In this document: in pieces, positions 1 to 8,574 of the stretch
Layout: every line of letters starts with the position of its first letter
Position numbering within the stretch: position 1 is the first letter of the stretch
Assembly (NCBI GenBank): GCA_045568235.1
Contig: JBJLBJ010000026.1
Span: forward strand, 2,103 to 66,102
Direction: 5' to 3'
Source of the DNA: Candidatus Thalassarchaeaceae archaeon
GTDB taxonomy: Archaea > Thermoplasmatota > Poseidoniia > Poseidoniales > Thalassarchaeaceae
DNA: 64,000 bases
Program-made: the position numbers and the translations under genes
The notes under the pieces: model-generated
The model's input: only the letters and a program-made list of their open reading frames with translations
What the model was told of the DNA's origin: nothing
Databases searched by the model: none

Positions 1-588
1 AATACCTGCGAGTTCTTCTACTCCGAATATGAAAATATCATTGTCTCCGCCGAAAATAAGCGCATCTACATCCAGGGGGGCTACTTCGTTGATGGTGTCG
101 TTGAGCCCGGAGTGAGTCGTAGGCAGGTATCCGTTGAAAAGGAACGCTTTCTCGAAGGATGTATTGGAGTTGGCGATGTAAACAGTTGCCATCGGGCACC
201 CTTGTGAGTATCCAAGGATGCCGTAGAAGGGACCATGCTCCTCCACTATTCCGTCTAGATACTCTATCGATATGTCCGCCCAGGCCCTATCCTCATTAGG
301 CTCTCCCTTCCCTCCCGGAGGATCAGCGTACCAGCATTGATCGCACATGCTGTCGTGGTCAGGAGCATCTGCGAAGAAGAACTCGAACTCCGGGAGGTCG
401 GACATCAGGTCCTGCATTCCGGGCTGACCCATTAGCCCCTCTGGACTGTCTCCACCCCCATGCAAAGCAAGTATCTTGAACTCGCCAGTATAAGCTTCTG
501 CCTCCATCGAGTCTTCTTCCGAGCCAGTGCACCCTGTAAGGGTGGCAAGGAATATGAGTAAGAATAAATTTAGTGCGATGACCTTCAT
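1..588 (-). CDS. FSH1/OVCA2-like serine hydrolase (alpha/beta fold), predicted lipoprotein; 3' end runs off the window
   Basis: Not in the ORF track because no stop lies in the window. ATG at 588-586. Own translation gives MKVIALNLFLLIFLATLTGC (signal plus lipobox-like Cys), then KILALHGGGDSPEGL and GPFYGILGYSQGC (GxSxG elbow, very like the GPFDGILGFSQGA block of the FSH1 family). The frame stays open to base 1. Confidence 0.6.
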   Translation of the reverse strand, partial: MKVIALNLFLLIFLATLTGCTGSEEDSMEAEAYTGEFKILALHGGGDSPEGLMGQPGMQDLMSDLPEFEFFFADAPDHDSMCDQCWYADPPGGKGEPNEDRAWADISIEYLDGIVEEHGPFYGILGYSQGCPMATVYIANSNTSFEKAFLFNGYLPTTHSGLNDTINEVAPLDVDALIFGGDNDIFIFGVEELAGI

Positions 589-734
589 GATACTTGCACC
601 TTATTCTCCTTTATGATGAGTTTGTCAACTTGGGTAGCGAATATACCTTATTGCAGTACAACGGTTACTATATTCAAATCGATTAGTTAGTTATTTTCAG
701 AAAAGGACATATGTGAGTCGATAATACGACATTC

Positions 735-1505
735 GTGGAAGACAAAGAATTGAAGGTTTTGAAATTAGATGAAATGACCAATTTAATATGGATAATTTTT
801 ATTGCATTGGTTGTAATAATTTCAATAGTCTCCCTATCAGCAGAGAATTCGGAGTTTAGTATTTTTGGGTTTTTTACTATAATCGCAATTACAATCTTTT
901 TTTTGGTTCCTATTATTTGTATTATTTTAGGAATTTTAATTATGATATTGAGTAAATTAAATTTTGTTAAAACCGATGGAAACTGGGGTACATTAGATTT
1001 AATGAAGTCATTTTATTCTGAACTTGATGAAGATGAGGAGGATTTCAAGATAGTCAAGATTCTCCCCGTGAAAGAGAGGAGAATAGTTGGAATAATTTTG
1101 TTATCGGGAGGAATCATTCTGTTCATCATTGGATTGATGATGATGATTCTTTTCCAAAATACAAACAGTGCAGGTATCGTGCCGGTTGAAGGTTTGTTGG
1201 TTTTGATATTGCTTGGACTTGGGATTATCAGCATGGTAATCTCAATTAGTTTTTTCAGAAAATTTGAAGATAGGGGATGGTTAGAGGACGCTTTATTTTA
1301 TTGGTCTTATTGGACTGATTCTAAGTTTCTAAATCAAAAAAATCGGAAACAACAAATTGATTGCCCATCTTGTAATCAAAGGTTAAACATCCCTTTTAGT
1401 TATTCAGGAAAGATTTCTTGCCCTGCTTGTGGCATTTATATTGAACTAGAAGAAGGAGTAATACAAGCAGAGGGAAATCCATCCTATGAGGCGCCCACTG
1501 GTTAG
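735..1505 (+). CDS. 4-TM membrane protein with C-terminal MJ0042-type zinc ribbon
   Basis: 256-aa ORF (GTG start; alternative ATG at 774). It has two pairs of hydrophobic helices separated by the acidic linker SELDEDEEDF. The C-terminus reads CPSCNQRLNIPFSYSGKISCPACG (CxxC-x16-CxxC). Confidence 0.55.
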   Translation: MEDKELKVLKLDEMTNLIWIIFIALVVIISIVSLSAENSEFSIFGFFTIIAITIFFLVPIICIILGILIMILSKLNFVKTDGNWGTLDLMKSFYSELDEDEEDFKIVKILPVKERRIVGIILLSGGIILFIIGLMMMILFQNTNSAGIVPVEGLLVLILLGLGIISMVISISFFRKFEDRGWLEDALFYWSYWTDSKFLNQKNRKQQIDCPSCNQRLNIPFSYSGKISCPACGIYIELEEGVIQAEGNPSYEAPTG

Positions 1506-1790
1506 AGAGACTCCTTTGAGGAGGTGGTCTCTAATGAGTCCTCCTAAGAAAAGACATATTCTACCAAAAAGAGCGAAAAAACCACATTCTCGGTTAACGA
1601 ATGTATAATATACCAACTAACTGTAGGATTGTTTGTGCGTATCTTAGTACCAGTAATGATTCTTATTTTGATGGCTTCAGTTTTGTCCGGATGCATTGTC
1701 GGGGAATTCGTACGTACACCATGATGTATAAATTAATACGAATCTATCATTTTGGGAAACGTTCATATTTTTTGACAACTTCTAACCACT

Positions 1791-3122
1791 ATGTCAGAGC
1801 AGAACCTACTCTCAATAGGCGCTATTTTGGCAGGTTTTTTAGGTACAATTTCACTATACCTAGTGTCAAAAAATAGTCAACTGAGGTGGAATGAGAAGAT
1901 AGCGGGTTTTGTTATTTCATGGATTTTCATCGCCAAGGCAGTTTCAAATACTCACTTCTCTATTCTTCGTAATATTTTCGACAATCTTCAGGGGTCAATC
2001 ATCGATAGTGAGACTATGTGGCAATATTGGTGGGCAAATGGACATATGGCCGATTACGTCTTTACTGCGGGGCAGACGCTACTTTGCCTTGTTTTCCCGG
2101 TTGCCGTACTACGTACCAAAAGACAACTAAAAATCGCGATTTCAATAATATTACTCCTCATGATGTATTGGCCAATAATCTACTCATCACTTGGCCCTAA
2201 TTGGTTAGAATTTGCAGGATTCGTATATTTATTTCCATGTATAGTTTGGACTTCGATTTACGTAAGATTTAGGCTTACTCAGGTCAATGAAGATGATGCT
2301 AATGCAGGAAAGGTTGCCGACATATGTCTTCTACTTCTCTTAGTTCTTAATGGCCATATCTGGTTTTACTGGGTTGGAATGTTTGCACAAGATGATTACT
2401 TCTATTTCGTTGACATTGCCGGTGCATGGTCGGAAGCTGGATCTTTACATGAGTACATTTGGCAAATGTTCTATACCTTAGCCATCGCAACAGGACTATT
2501 TATTGTCGGAATGGAGATATTCATTCTGCAAAAAACGGGTTCTATCAGCACAGTTGGAATCATCGTTTTCATTTACATGGCAATCGGCATTATTGGTTTC
2601 TTTGTACTTTCGATGGGTAATGCCGACGAAGCTTTTGCTCTGGGGGCAGATACCAAATTCAAGGATATGTGGAAGATTTTCACCAACCAGACCCATTTCA
2701 CAATTGCACGACCTCTAATTGCAAGTTACCTACTCATCAGCCTCGGCTTAGTTGACCTATCCTCGGAAAGAAACAAGAGGATTTCCAAGGGTTTGGCGGT
2801 TATTCTCATTGTGGTAGCCACTGCAGCCTTATTGGAGATGGTTCAGTTCGTAATTCCAGTTAGTGAGGTTCTATCAGCCGGCCTACTAGGCATTGTGGTC
2901 GCAGTTGGAATTGGCTGGGAAGAGAGGGCATATTCGAAAATGGTCGACTCTAGGACTTCAATTAATGATATTCTAGAAGGTAGTGGTTGGGAAGCCCCAG
3001 ACATGAAAATAAGTGAAAAAATATTCAAAACAGCAAATATTTCTATGGTTGTATATTTTTTAATCCTTATGTTATTATCATATATTATTCACATTTCGAA
3101 TAATTTCATCAATACGTTGTGA
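1791..3122 (+). CDS. polytopic membrane protein, unknown function
   Basis: 443-aa ORF with an ATG start and about 12 hydrophobic segments. No motif recognised. Its stop overlaps the next ORF's start (GTGA). Confidence 0.6.
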   Translation: MSEQNLLSIGAILAGFLGTISLYLVSKNSQLRWNEKIAGFVISWIFIAKAVSNTHFSILRNIFDNLQGSIIDSETMWQYWWANGHMADYVFTAGQTLLCLVFPVAVLRTKRQLKIAISIILLLMMYWPIIYSSLGPNWLEFAGFVYLFPCIVWTSIYVRFRLTQVNEDDANAGKVADICLLLLLVLNGHIWFYWVGMFAQDDYFYFVDIAGAWSEAGSLHEYIWQMFYTLAIATGLFIVGMEIFILQKTGSISTVGIIVFIYMAIGIIGFFVLSMGNADEAFALGADTKFKDMWKIFTNQTHFTIARPLIASYLLISLGLVDLSSERNKRISKGLAVILIVVATAALLEMVQFVIPVSEVLSAGLLGIVVAVGIGWEERAYSKMVDSRTSINDILEGSGWEAPDMKISEKIFKTANISMVVYFLILMLLSYIIHISNNFINTL

Positions 3123-3817
3123 GCAATATGGAAGAAGAGACTAATTTTATCTACCTTATCACCGAGGATTCTGAGACCAACAAGTTCCTTGCAATCATGT
3201 TGGGAGTCATGTTTGTATCAATCACTTACCACGCAGCAGTATTTTTCCATTTCAAGTCCGACGATATAAAACTAAAGAACACAATTCCTGATTGGAATCT
3301 GTTGTTTAATGAATCGATAATTGAATCTGGTGAGACTCAGATTATTGCTGATTCACAACAGTCCTCATTTTTCCTAGAAGTAGACGACGATTTTGTAGCA
3401 GAGGGAAATTTTGTAGGATTCTTGGTAATAGACGTGTTATATGATGAAACATCAGGAAACATTGGAGATCCCTGTGATTTTGTAAGTGCTAATTTACGCC
3501 CTGAAGGAGTATTGGCCCAATGGGAGAATGAGAATAATACATTATCTGGAAGCAGTGATAGTTGTGAAACAATATCTCTTTTTCTACAGATTTATCCCAA
3601 TTTCGACGGAGTTAATAAAACCGAGAGTGGTAATAATGAGGGTGAAGCATTAGAAACCTGGACAAACTCAACATTTGGTTTTGGAGAGTTCAATTTGGAA
3701 GTAGAAGTAAACACACAAGAGCTCGTTTCAGGACTTCCTACACAATCTGACAGTAATGAGGAAATAACTGTGCAATGGAGCTTGGTGACCTTTGTCCCTA
3801 TGGCAACCGAATTGTAG
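3119..3817 (+). CDS. N-terminally anchored acidic extracytoplasmic protein; paralog of 57007..57681
   Basis: 232 aa with one N-terminal TM (FLAIMLGVMFVSITYHAAVFF) and an acidic body. The C-terminal blocks WTNSTFGFG and DSNEEITVQWSLVTF match WTDNGFGRG and DSDEDYEITWTVVSY of the ORF at 57007..57681 with the same spacing. Confidence 0.55.
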   Translation: MSNMEEETNFIYLITEDSETNKFLAIMLGVMFVSITYHAAVFFHFKSDDIKLKNTIPDWNLLFNESIIESGETQIIADSQQSSFFLEVDDDFVAEGNFVGFLVIDVLYDETSGNIGDPCDFVSANLRPEGVLAQWENENNTLSGSSDSCETISLFLQIYPNFDGVNKTESGNNEGEALETWTNSTFGFGEFNLEVEVNTQELVSGLPTQSDSNEEITVQWSLVTFVPMATEL

Positions 3818-3859
3818 TAAGCGTTGTAGTGCAATACAGAGTATTCGCTAGGGAATATG

Positions 3860-4135
3860 TTAGAACAAGAAAGGCCCTGCAACCAAAAATAATCCAATCA
3901 ATGATCCACCAACAATATTCATCTGGAAAATCTTGGGATACTCCTCTCTCGCCCCCCATGAAAACGTCTTACGAATCCATACTTTCTGATTGACCAAGCA
4001 ATTTGCCACATACAGGAGTATAGCCAAGCCAATCGAAATCCGAATGTAATCAAGTGTAGTTAACTCCATAGTCGTTCCAATGGGTCTCACCTTATGATAC
4101 ATGCATATAATACCAGAAGTAGATGTATATGTCAT
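3860..4135 (-). CDS. possible small 2-TM protein (likely start at ATG 4069)
   Basis: 91-aa ORF. From the internal Met it reads MELTTLDYIRISIGLAILLYVANCL...IVGGSLIGLFLVAGPFLF, giving two hydrophobic helices. No homology recognised. Confidence 0.3.
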   Translation of the reverse strand: MTYTSTSGIICMYHKVRPIGTTMELTTLDYIRISIGLAILLYVANCLVNQKVWIRKTFSWGAREEYPKIFQMNIVGGSLIGLFLVAGPFLF

Positions 4136-4420
4136 GTAGAGAATTTAATAAAGTGAGTACCTTACGCTATTATGATGAAGCCCATATCTGAAATAGAGGA
4201 AAATCTGGCAAGTAAGGCTGAGCCAATCCTGGGCTTCAAACCATCTTCTAAAATCAAAAGAGGCCCTATTGGAATACTAATCAGTATGATTTGCATAGTG
4301 ATTGTGTATAGAGAATTGAGCCGTGCTGGCGTAATCTAGGGTAGGAAAGACGAAAACCTCGCTAAAATGTGTATCCTCTGAGTTTCTAAAGATTAAATAG
4401 CCGCACCCTCATCTAATTGC

Positions 4421-4573
4421 ATGACTAGATGGCAATACAAGGTGGTAGGGACTACCAATAACAAAAAACTCGAAGCAGAATTGAACAAACTCGGGCAAGA
4501 AGGATGGGAGGTTGTTGCCGGGGGGGTCGGTAGTTGGCCAAATTCGCAATTTGTCTTGAAGAAGTCCCTGTAA
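4421..4573 (+). CDS. DUF4177-like small protein (50 aa)
   Basis: Below the ORF-track cutoff. Own translation is MTRWQYKVVGTTNNKKLEAELNKLGQEGWEVVAGGVGSWPNSQFVLKKSL. The W-x-YK ... LN-x-LG-x-EGWE-x-V pattern is the DUF4177 signature as I remember it. An AT-rich TATA-like element (gattaaatag) lies about 30 nt upstream. Confidence 0.55.
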   Translation: MTRWQYKVVGTTNNKKLEAELNKLGQEGWEVVAGGVGSWPNSQFVLKKSL

Positions 4574-4629
4574 CTAGGCCCATTGATAACTCATAATTAT
4601 CGGTTAGAGGTATGATTCAGAGATTATTC

Positions 4630-4953
4630 TCATTCCTCTGAGTTTTTTTGTTCTTTGAGAGATTCCAGATTAGTAGGTAGGTAGAACATTCCAGTCGAAG
4701 GATCGAATGCAAACTCGGTTGTGGGTGTATTATCAATTCTGTATCCAAACTTTGCAAATATTGGTAATAGGACAAAAAGTACACCAACGAAAAATGAAAT
4801 TATTCCGCAGATTTGGACAATCGGATTAATTACACCCTCGTACCAGTGAGTTACAGGCTCCCTTTGTAGAAGCCTATATCCAAATAATGAAAAGGGTATT
4901 CCAATCAACAAAAGATACCAATTGACATCTACTTGATTATTTTTATCTTCCAT
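4630..4953 (-). CDS. small 2-TM membrane protein
   Basis: 107-aa ORF with an ATG start and two hydrophobic helices (WYLLLIGIPFSLFGY; ICGIISFFVGVLFVLLPIF). Confidence 0.5.
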   Translation of the reverse strand: MEDKNNQVDVNWYLLLIGIPFSLFGYRLLQREPVTHWYEGVINPIVQICGIISFFVGVLFVLLPIFAKFGYRIDNTPTTEFAFDPSTGMFYLPTNLESLKEQKNSEE

Positions 4954-5097
4954 GAAATGCCCAAGTATAGTAAGTTCATTACCTTTTCAATTAAAGACTA
5001 CTAATTGAAAGGTTTGTGACTACAATGCTGTTGTATTCTGGACTTTATATCTTCTAAATATCGCATAAATAATAGAGTTAGTCCCTTATTAACGATT

Positions 5098-5535
5098 ATG
5101 GAAGAGGATGAAGGGTGGAAAATATACCGTCCTGCGATTGTCATTGTAACAATCTTAGTGTTAATTATCGGATCAACTTTCCTTTACGTTTTCTTGGAAA
5201 GGGGACTTGAAGGTTTCATAGATTGGTTGGCTGACCGCATCATTGGAGTAATGTTTGCAGGATTACTGGCAGGCGCATTTGTAATGTTCGATAAACTGTC
5301 TAATAAATTGAGTGTGATTCGGATGAGTATGCATGAGAAGAGAAAAGTTCAGCAAATCCCTTCTTACCTAATAATCGGGTCATCACTAATCGGCGTTATT
5401 CTTGTATCTCCGATGATATCGACTCATTTTCTTTATTTCTTACTAGGTACTTGGGTTCTTCAGACAATAGTAATCCTAACTCTATATCCGAAAAATGAGT
5501 ATTCTGCTGTAGAAAAACACATATCAGAAGAATGA
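5098..5535 (+). CDS. 4-TM membrane protein, unknown function
   Basis: 145-aa ORF with an ATG start and four hydrophobic segments. Confidence 0.5.
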   Translation: MEEDEGWKIYRPAIVIVTILVLIIGSTFLYVFLERGLEGFIDWLADRIIGVMFAGLLAGAFVMFDKLSNKLSVIRMSMHEKRKVQQIPSYLIIGSSLIGVILVSPMISTHFLYFLLGTWVLQTIVILTLYPKNEYSAVEKHISEE

Positions 5536-5562
5536 TTTATATTGATACATTGTTAAAATAAT

Positions 5563-5628
5563 TCAACAGCATCCATCACACAAACAGCTAGGACCACAAG
5601 GGTCGCAATCACAGCATTCACAAGGCAT
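5563..5628 (-). CDS. candidate 21-aa cysteine-rich micropeptide (metallothionein-like composition)
   Basis: Own translation of the minus strand is ATG..TGA = MPCECCDCDPCGPSCLCDGCC (9 Cys of 21). The segment is locally more GC-rich (32/66) than the flanking AT-rich spacer. A TATA-like box lies 21 nt upstream of the ATG. Confidence 0.35.
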   Translation of the reverse strand: MPCECCDCDPCGPSCLCDGCC

Positions 5629-5649
5629 GAATTTGGTAGGGTAGATTAT

Positions 5650-5657
5650 TATTTATA
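5650..5657 (-). promoter_or_regulatory. TATA-like box (TATAAATA on minus strand) positioned for a leaderless transcript of the Cys-rich micro-ORF
   Basis: The minus strand reads ACCTATAAATAATAATCTACCCTACCAAATTC-ATG. The box centre is about 25 nt from the ATG, the usual archaeal TATA-to-TSS distance. Confidence 0.3.
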
Positions 5658-5871
5658 GGTATCTAAATTAATAATCTACTTTGTATTGTTCATCACTATT
5701 ATCGTATAAGCCATAAAAACATAATTAATACCAGTCGAAATTATACATAGGTTCATACGTACAATTTTATAATTTTTAATAACACGTGGGGAATAACTAA
5801 TACACGATATAAATATAGTAAGGAACTATTGTAAGAGGAATGTTTGAAACCGATGTTTACTATCGAAATAT

Positions 5872-6816
5872 ATGAAAGATCTCAGCACACATCTACTTCT
5901 CCTGGTAGTAGCTGCAGTATGGGGTTCGACATGGGCTGTTGGACGATTTCTTAGTTATGGTATGGATGAAGGAAATAGGGCCAGCATGGAGCCTGCCACT
6001 TCTGCATGGTTACGATACGCTTTCGCAGTTGCTGCATTTGTTATTTGGTGCTGGATTTACAGAAATACCGACTCTCGTAGAATTCTTCCTCAAGGGAGAA
6101 AAGCATGGAAATATACGCTTTGGATGGCTACACTGGGTACTATGGGTTACCAACTTCTTTTCATGAATGGAATGAAATGGACTGCAGCCGGCGATGCTTC
6201 TCTCATTATTCCAATGAATCCTGTATTTACCGTCATTCTCGCTATTCCATTACTCGGACAGAAGCTAAGTTTGAGGATGATAATCGGCCTAATTGTGGGC
6301 CTGATTGGTGTAGCAACCGTAGTCGGCTGGAGTCCGAATACAGATATATCATTCAATCATCGATTAATCGGTGCGGTTCTAATCGCTTTTGCTGCTTTAA
6401 CATGGGCTGCAACGAGCAATTTGACCAAGATGGCTTTGCTTGATGGAACAATAGGTACCTCCTTCGAGATTGTAGTATGGTATTCCATAGTCGGTTGGGT
6501 ATTACTCACTCCATGGATGTTGGTTGAAGTCTGGAATTCTGGCATCCCTAGTCCCAACACTACTGAGTGGATTTCAGTGGCTTATCTTGGGCTAATTTCT
6601 ACAGTTCTTACCTATGCATGGTTCGCTAGAGGAATAGATAGAATTGGAGCTACTGCCGCATCTTCATATGTATTCTTAGTTCCTGTTTTTGGAGTTCTTA
6701 GTGGATGGCTATTACTCGATGAAAGTATTGGATTCTCGATGTTAGTTGGATTCTGTATGATTATTGTCGGTGTTAGAGAAGTTCAAAGAGAAAGTGATAG
6801 ATTAAGTGCTGATTAA
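5872..6816 (+). CDS. EamA/DMT-family (10-TM drug/metabolite) transporter
   Basis: 314 aa with about 10 TM helices in two similar halves. N-terminus HLLLLVVAAVWGSTWAVGRF and second half AALTWAATSNLTKM ... GLISTVLTYAWFARGIDRIGATAASSYVFLVPVFG are typical EamA repeat sequences. Confidence 0.85.
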   Translation: MKDLSTHLLLLVVAAVWGSTWAVGRFLSYGMDEGNRASMEPATSAWLRYAFAVAAFVIWCWIYRNTDSRRILPQGRKAWKYTLWMATLGTMGYQLLFMNGMKWTAAGDASLIIPMNPVFTVILAIPLLGQKLSLRMIIGLIVGLIGVATVVGWSPNTDISFNHRLIGAVLIAFAALTWAATSNLTKMALLDGTIGTSFEIVVWYSIVGWVLLTPWMLVEVWNSGIPSPNTTEWISVAYLGLISTVLTYAWFARGIDRIGATAASSYVFLVPVFGVLSGWLLLDESIGFSMLVGFCMIIVGVREVQRESDRLSAD

Positions 6817-6869
6817 TATTATGAACAATATTCATAATATTCCAATTGAACCGGAGTTTGAGAGATAGT

Positions 6870-7334
6870 ATGGTGACCATGATGGACTTAGAGAATGCGC
6901 AGCGAGCTTGGGGAGAAGGTATTGTTTCGATAGCGGCGGCATATAATACTGGTATGGACTATGTTGAAAGAGCAAGAACACATATCAAATCCTTGTATGC
7001 ATATGATATCAGCCCAGTCTTATTCAAGCCAACACTTGCTGTTGATATTCAGTTTCGCCCAACCTTCGAAGGGGCATTATCATATTTTGTTGCGGGTAAT
7101 GATGAATACTCAGAAGACAAAGGTTTTGCCATTAAAGGTTGGACAAAGGTACGATTTGAGAATGAAGGCATTATCATCAATGGAACAAGTGCCATAGCCA
7201 TGGGCAATTATTTTTTTATGACGCCCGAGGGTGATGAAGTAAAAGTAGAATTTTCTTTTGGTTACATAGTTGATTCAGACGGTTCTCTAAGAATCAATTT
7301 GCACCATTCCTCCATGCCTGCAAGTTTTGAATAA
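6870..7334 (+). CDS. NTF2-like (SnoaL/DUF4440-type) small protein
   Basis: The ORF is open from TTG 6846, with the first ATG at 6870. Pattern: W..GIV ... alternating beta-strand C-terminal half (VKVEFSFGYIVDSDGSLRINLHHSS). The fold assignment is from memory and tentative. Confidence 0.5.
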   Translation: MVTMMDLENAQRAWGEGIVSIAAAYNTGMDYVERARTHIKSLYAYDISPVLFKPTLAVDIQFRPTFEGALSYFVAGNDEYSEDKGFAIKGWTKVRFENEGIIINGTSAIAMGNYFFMTPEGDEVKVEFSFGYIVDSDGSLRINLHHSSMPASFE

Positions 7335-7483
7335 AATATCGATATCTCTTGACTGAAAATCTCGTCTATAGGAGGATTTTGAGAGATGAACCATTTTCTC
7401 AAAAAATAGTTGATTTTTTAAGACAAAAAGCTCACCATTCTATATATTATGATCCCGACAAAAATTTGTTAGAATAATTTAAA

Positions 7484-8113
7484 ATGATAACTAATTTAAT
7501 ATACAAATATTCTCTGTATATGAAAGTGGAAGTAACCAGAACTCACACATTTTCTGCTAGGATAATTCATTGGACATTTATCTTTTTGTATGCATATGGT
7601 ATATTCAAGCAACTAGATGATATATCCGAGTTAGAAAACTCGAGATTATTAGTTTTTGAGGTATTTTTTGCAAGTATTTTCTTAATAATTGTGATGATGC
7701 GTTATTTTTATATGAGACGTTTTGAGACATTTCTTGGCGCCAGAGAACCTATTCCTTCTGCTCATAGATACCTTGCAAAAACAATCCACACCAGTATGTA
7801 TCTGTGCCTAATTATTTTACCTCTTTCGGGTTTATTGATTGCCGGTTTATTTACACAAGGAATAGTTGACGGGCCGATGCAGGATTTAGTAATCGAGATA
7901 CATGGTTTTTCCGCTGATTTAAGTTATTTTCTTATAGTAATTCATATTTGTGCTGCTATCTATTCTAGGATTAAGGGCGAAGGTGTTTGGACATCTATGG
8001 TTCCAATTTGGAAGGAAAATAAATCACTAACCAATGAAACAATAATTAAGGTTAAAAATTTAGAAAACAAATTTTTTGAAAAAGTCGAAGATTTCTTTTC
8101 TACGCCAAAGTAA
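7484..8113 (+). CDS. prokaryotic cytochrome b561 / Ni-hydrogenase b-type cytochrome family membrane protein
   Basis: 209 aa with 4 TM helices. His residues sit in the expected helices (ARIIHWTF; KTIHTSMYL; IEIHGFSADL...VIHICAAIY), consistent with a bis-heme b561 family. Confidence 0.65.
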   Translation: MITNLIYKYSLYMKVEVTRTHTFSARIIHWTFIFLYAYGIFKQLDDISELENSRLLVFEVFFASIFLIIVMMRYFYMRRFETFLGAREPIPSAHRYLAKTIHTSMYLCLIILPLSGLLIAGLFTQGIVDGPMQDLVIEIHGFSADLSYFLIVIHICAAIYSRIKGEGVWTSMVPIWKENKSLTNETIIKVKNLENKFFEKVEDFFSTPK

Positions 8114-8156
8114 ATTCTACAACAACACTTGAAACATAACGCCTTTAGGATAAGGT

Positions 8157-8573
8157 ATGGTTTTCACTTCTTCTCGCAGGATTGATTTTCCAATGGTCGA
8201 TTTGGCTGGTATAGCATATTATCCAAGATTTTGGGATTTAGCGCATCGCTTCTATGAAGAATCATGGGAACATACATGTGATATGCATTATAATGTAATA
8301 TTAAATGAACATAGAATAGGATTTCCATTAATCCATAGCGAAGCAACATTTCACAACCCTCTAAAATATGGCGATACAGCACAATGTAAATTAACAATAA
8401 AAGAAATTGGCACTACCTCCATAAAATGGTATTATGAAATTTATAATCAAAATAACGTTTTGTGTTGGTCTGCGACACAAATCACAGTATGTACGGATAT
8501 GGACTCTATTACCAATAAACTCACCGTTCCAGATTGGATGAGGGAAAAATTAGAGAAAATAGTTGTAAAATAA
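8157..8573 (+). CDS. hotdog-fold acyl-CoA thioesterase (4HBT/YbgC-like)
   Basis: 138 aa. DLAGIAYYPRFWDLAHRFYEESWE ... GFPLIHSEATFHNPLKYGD is the typical 4HBT-family layout. Confidence 0.75.
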   Translation: MVFTSSRRIDFPMVDLAGIAYYPRFWDLAHRFYEESWEHTCDMHYNVILNEHRIGFPLIHSEATFHNPLKYGDTAQCKLTIKEIGTTSIKWYYEIYNQNNVLCWSATQITVCTDMDSITNKLTVPDWMREKLEKIVVK

Positions 8574-8574
8574 C

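Noticed and set aside
1635-1724. 29-codon ORF (V)RILVPVMILILMASVLSGCIVGEFVRTP that looks like a lipoprotein signal peptide with lipobox
   Set aside because: It has a GTG start without a convincing SD or TATA. The mature part would be only 9-10 residues, and several stops follow immediately. It is possibly a remnant of a lost lipoprotein gene or just chance, so it is not reported as a gene.
1601-1876. 91-aa plus-strand ORF in the track
   Set aside because: Its composition is odd (Arg/Tyr/Phe-rich, with no hydrophobic or charge pattern). It overlaps the well-supported start of ORF 1791..3122 in another frame. It is likely a chance ORF.
4172-4339. Either a 55-aa single-TM ORF (MMKPISEIEENL...ILISMICIVIVY...) or a C/D-box sRNA (ATGATGA at 4172-4178, CTGA at 4188-4191 and 4218-4221)
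   Set aside because: For the sRNA reading there is no C' box, the guide spacing is wrong (9 nt) and the ends are not complementary. For the ORF reading there is no recognisable homology and it is short. Neither reading is adequately supported.
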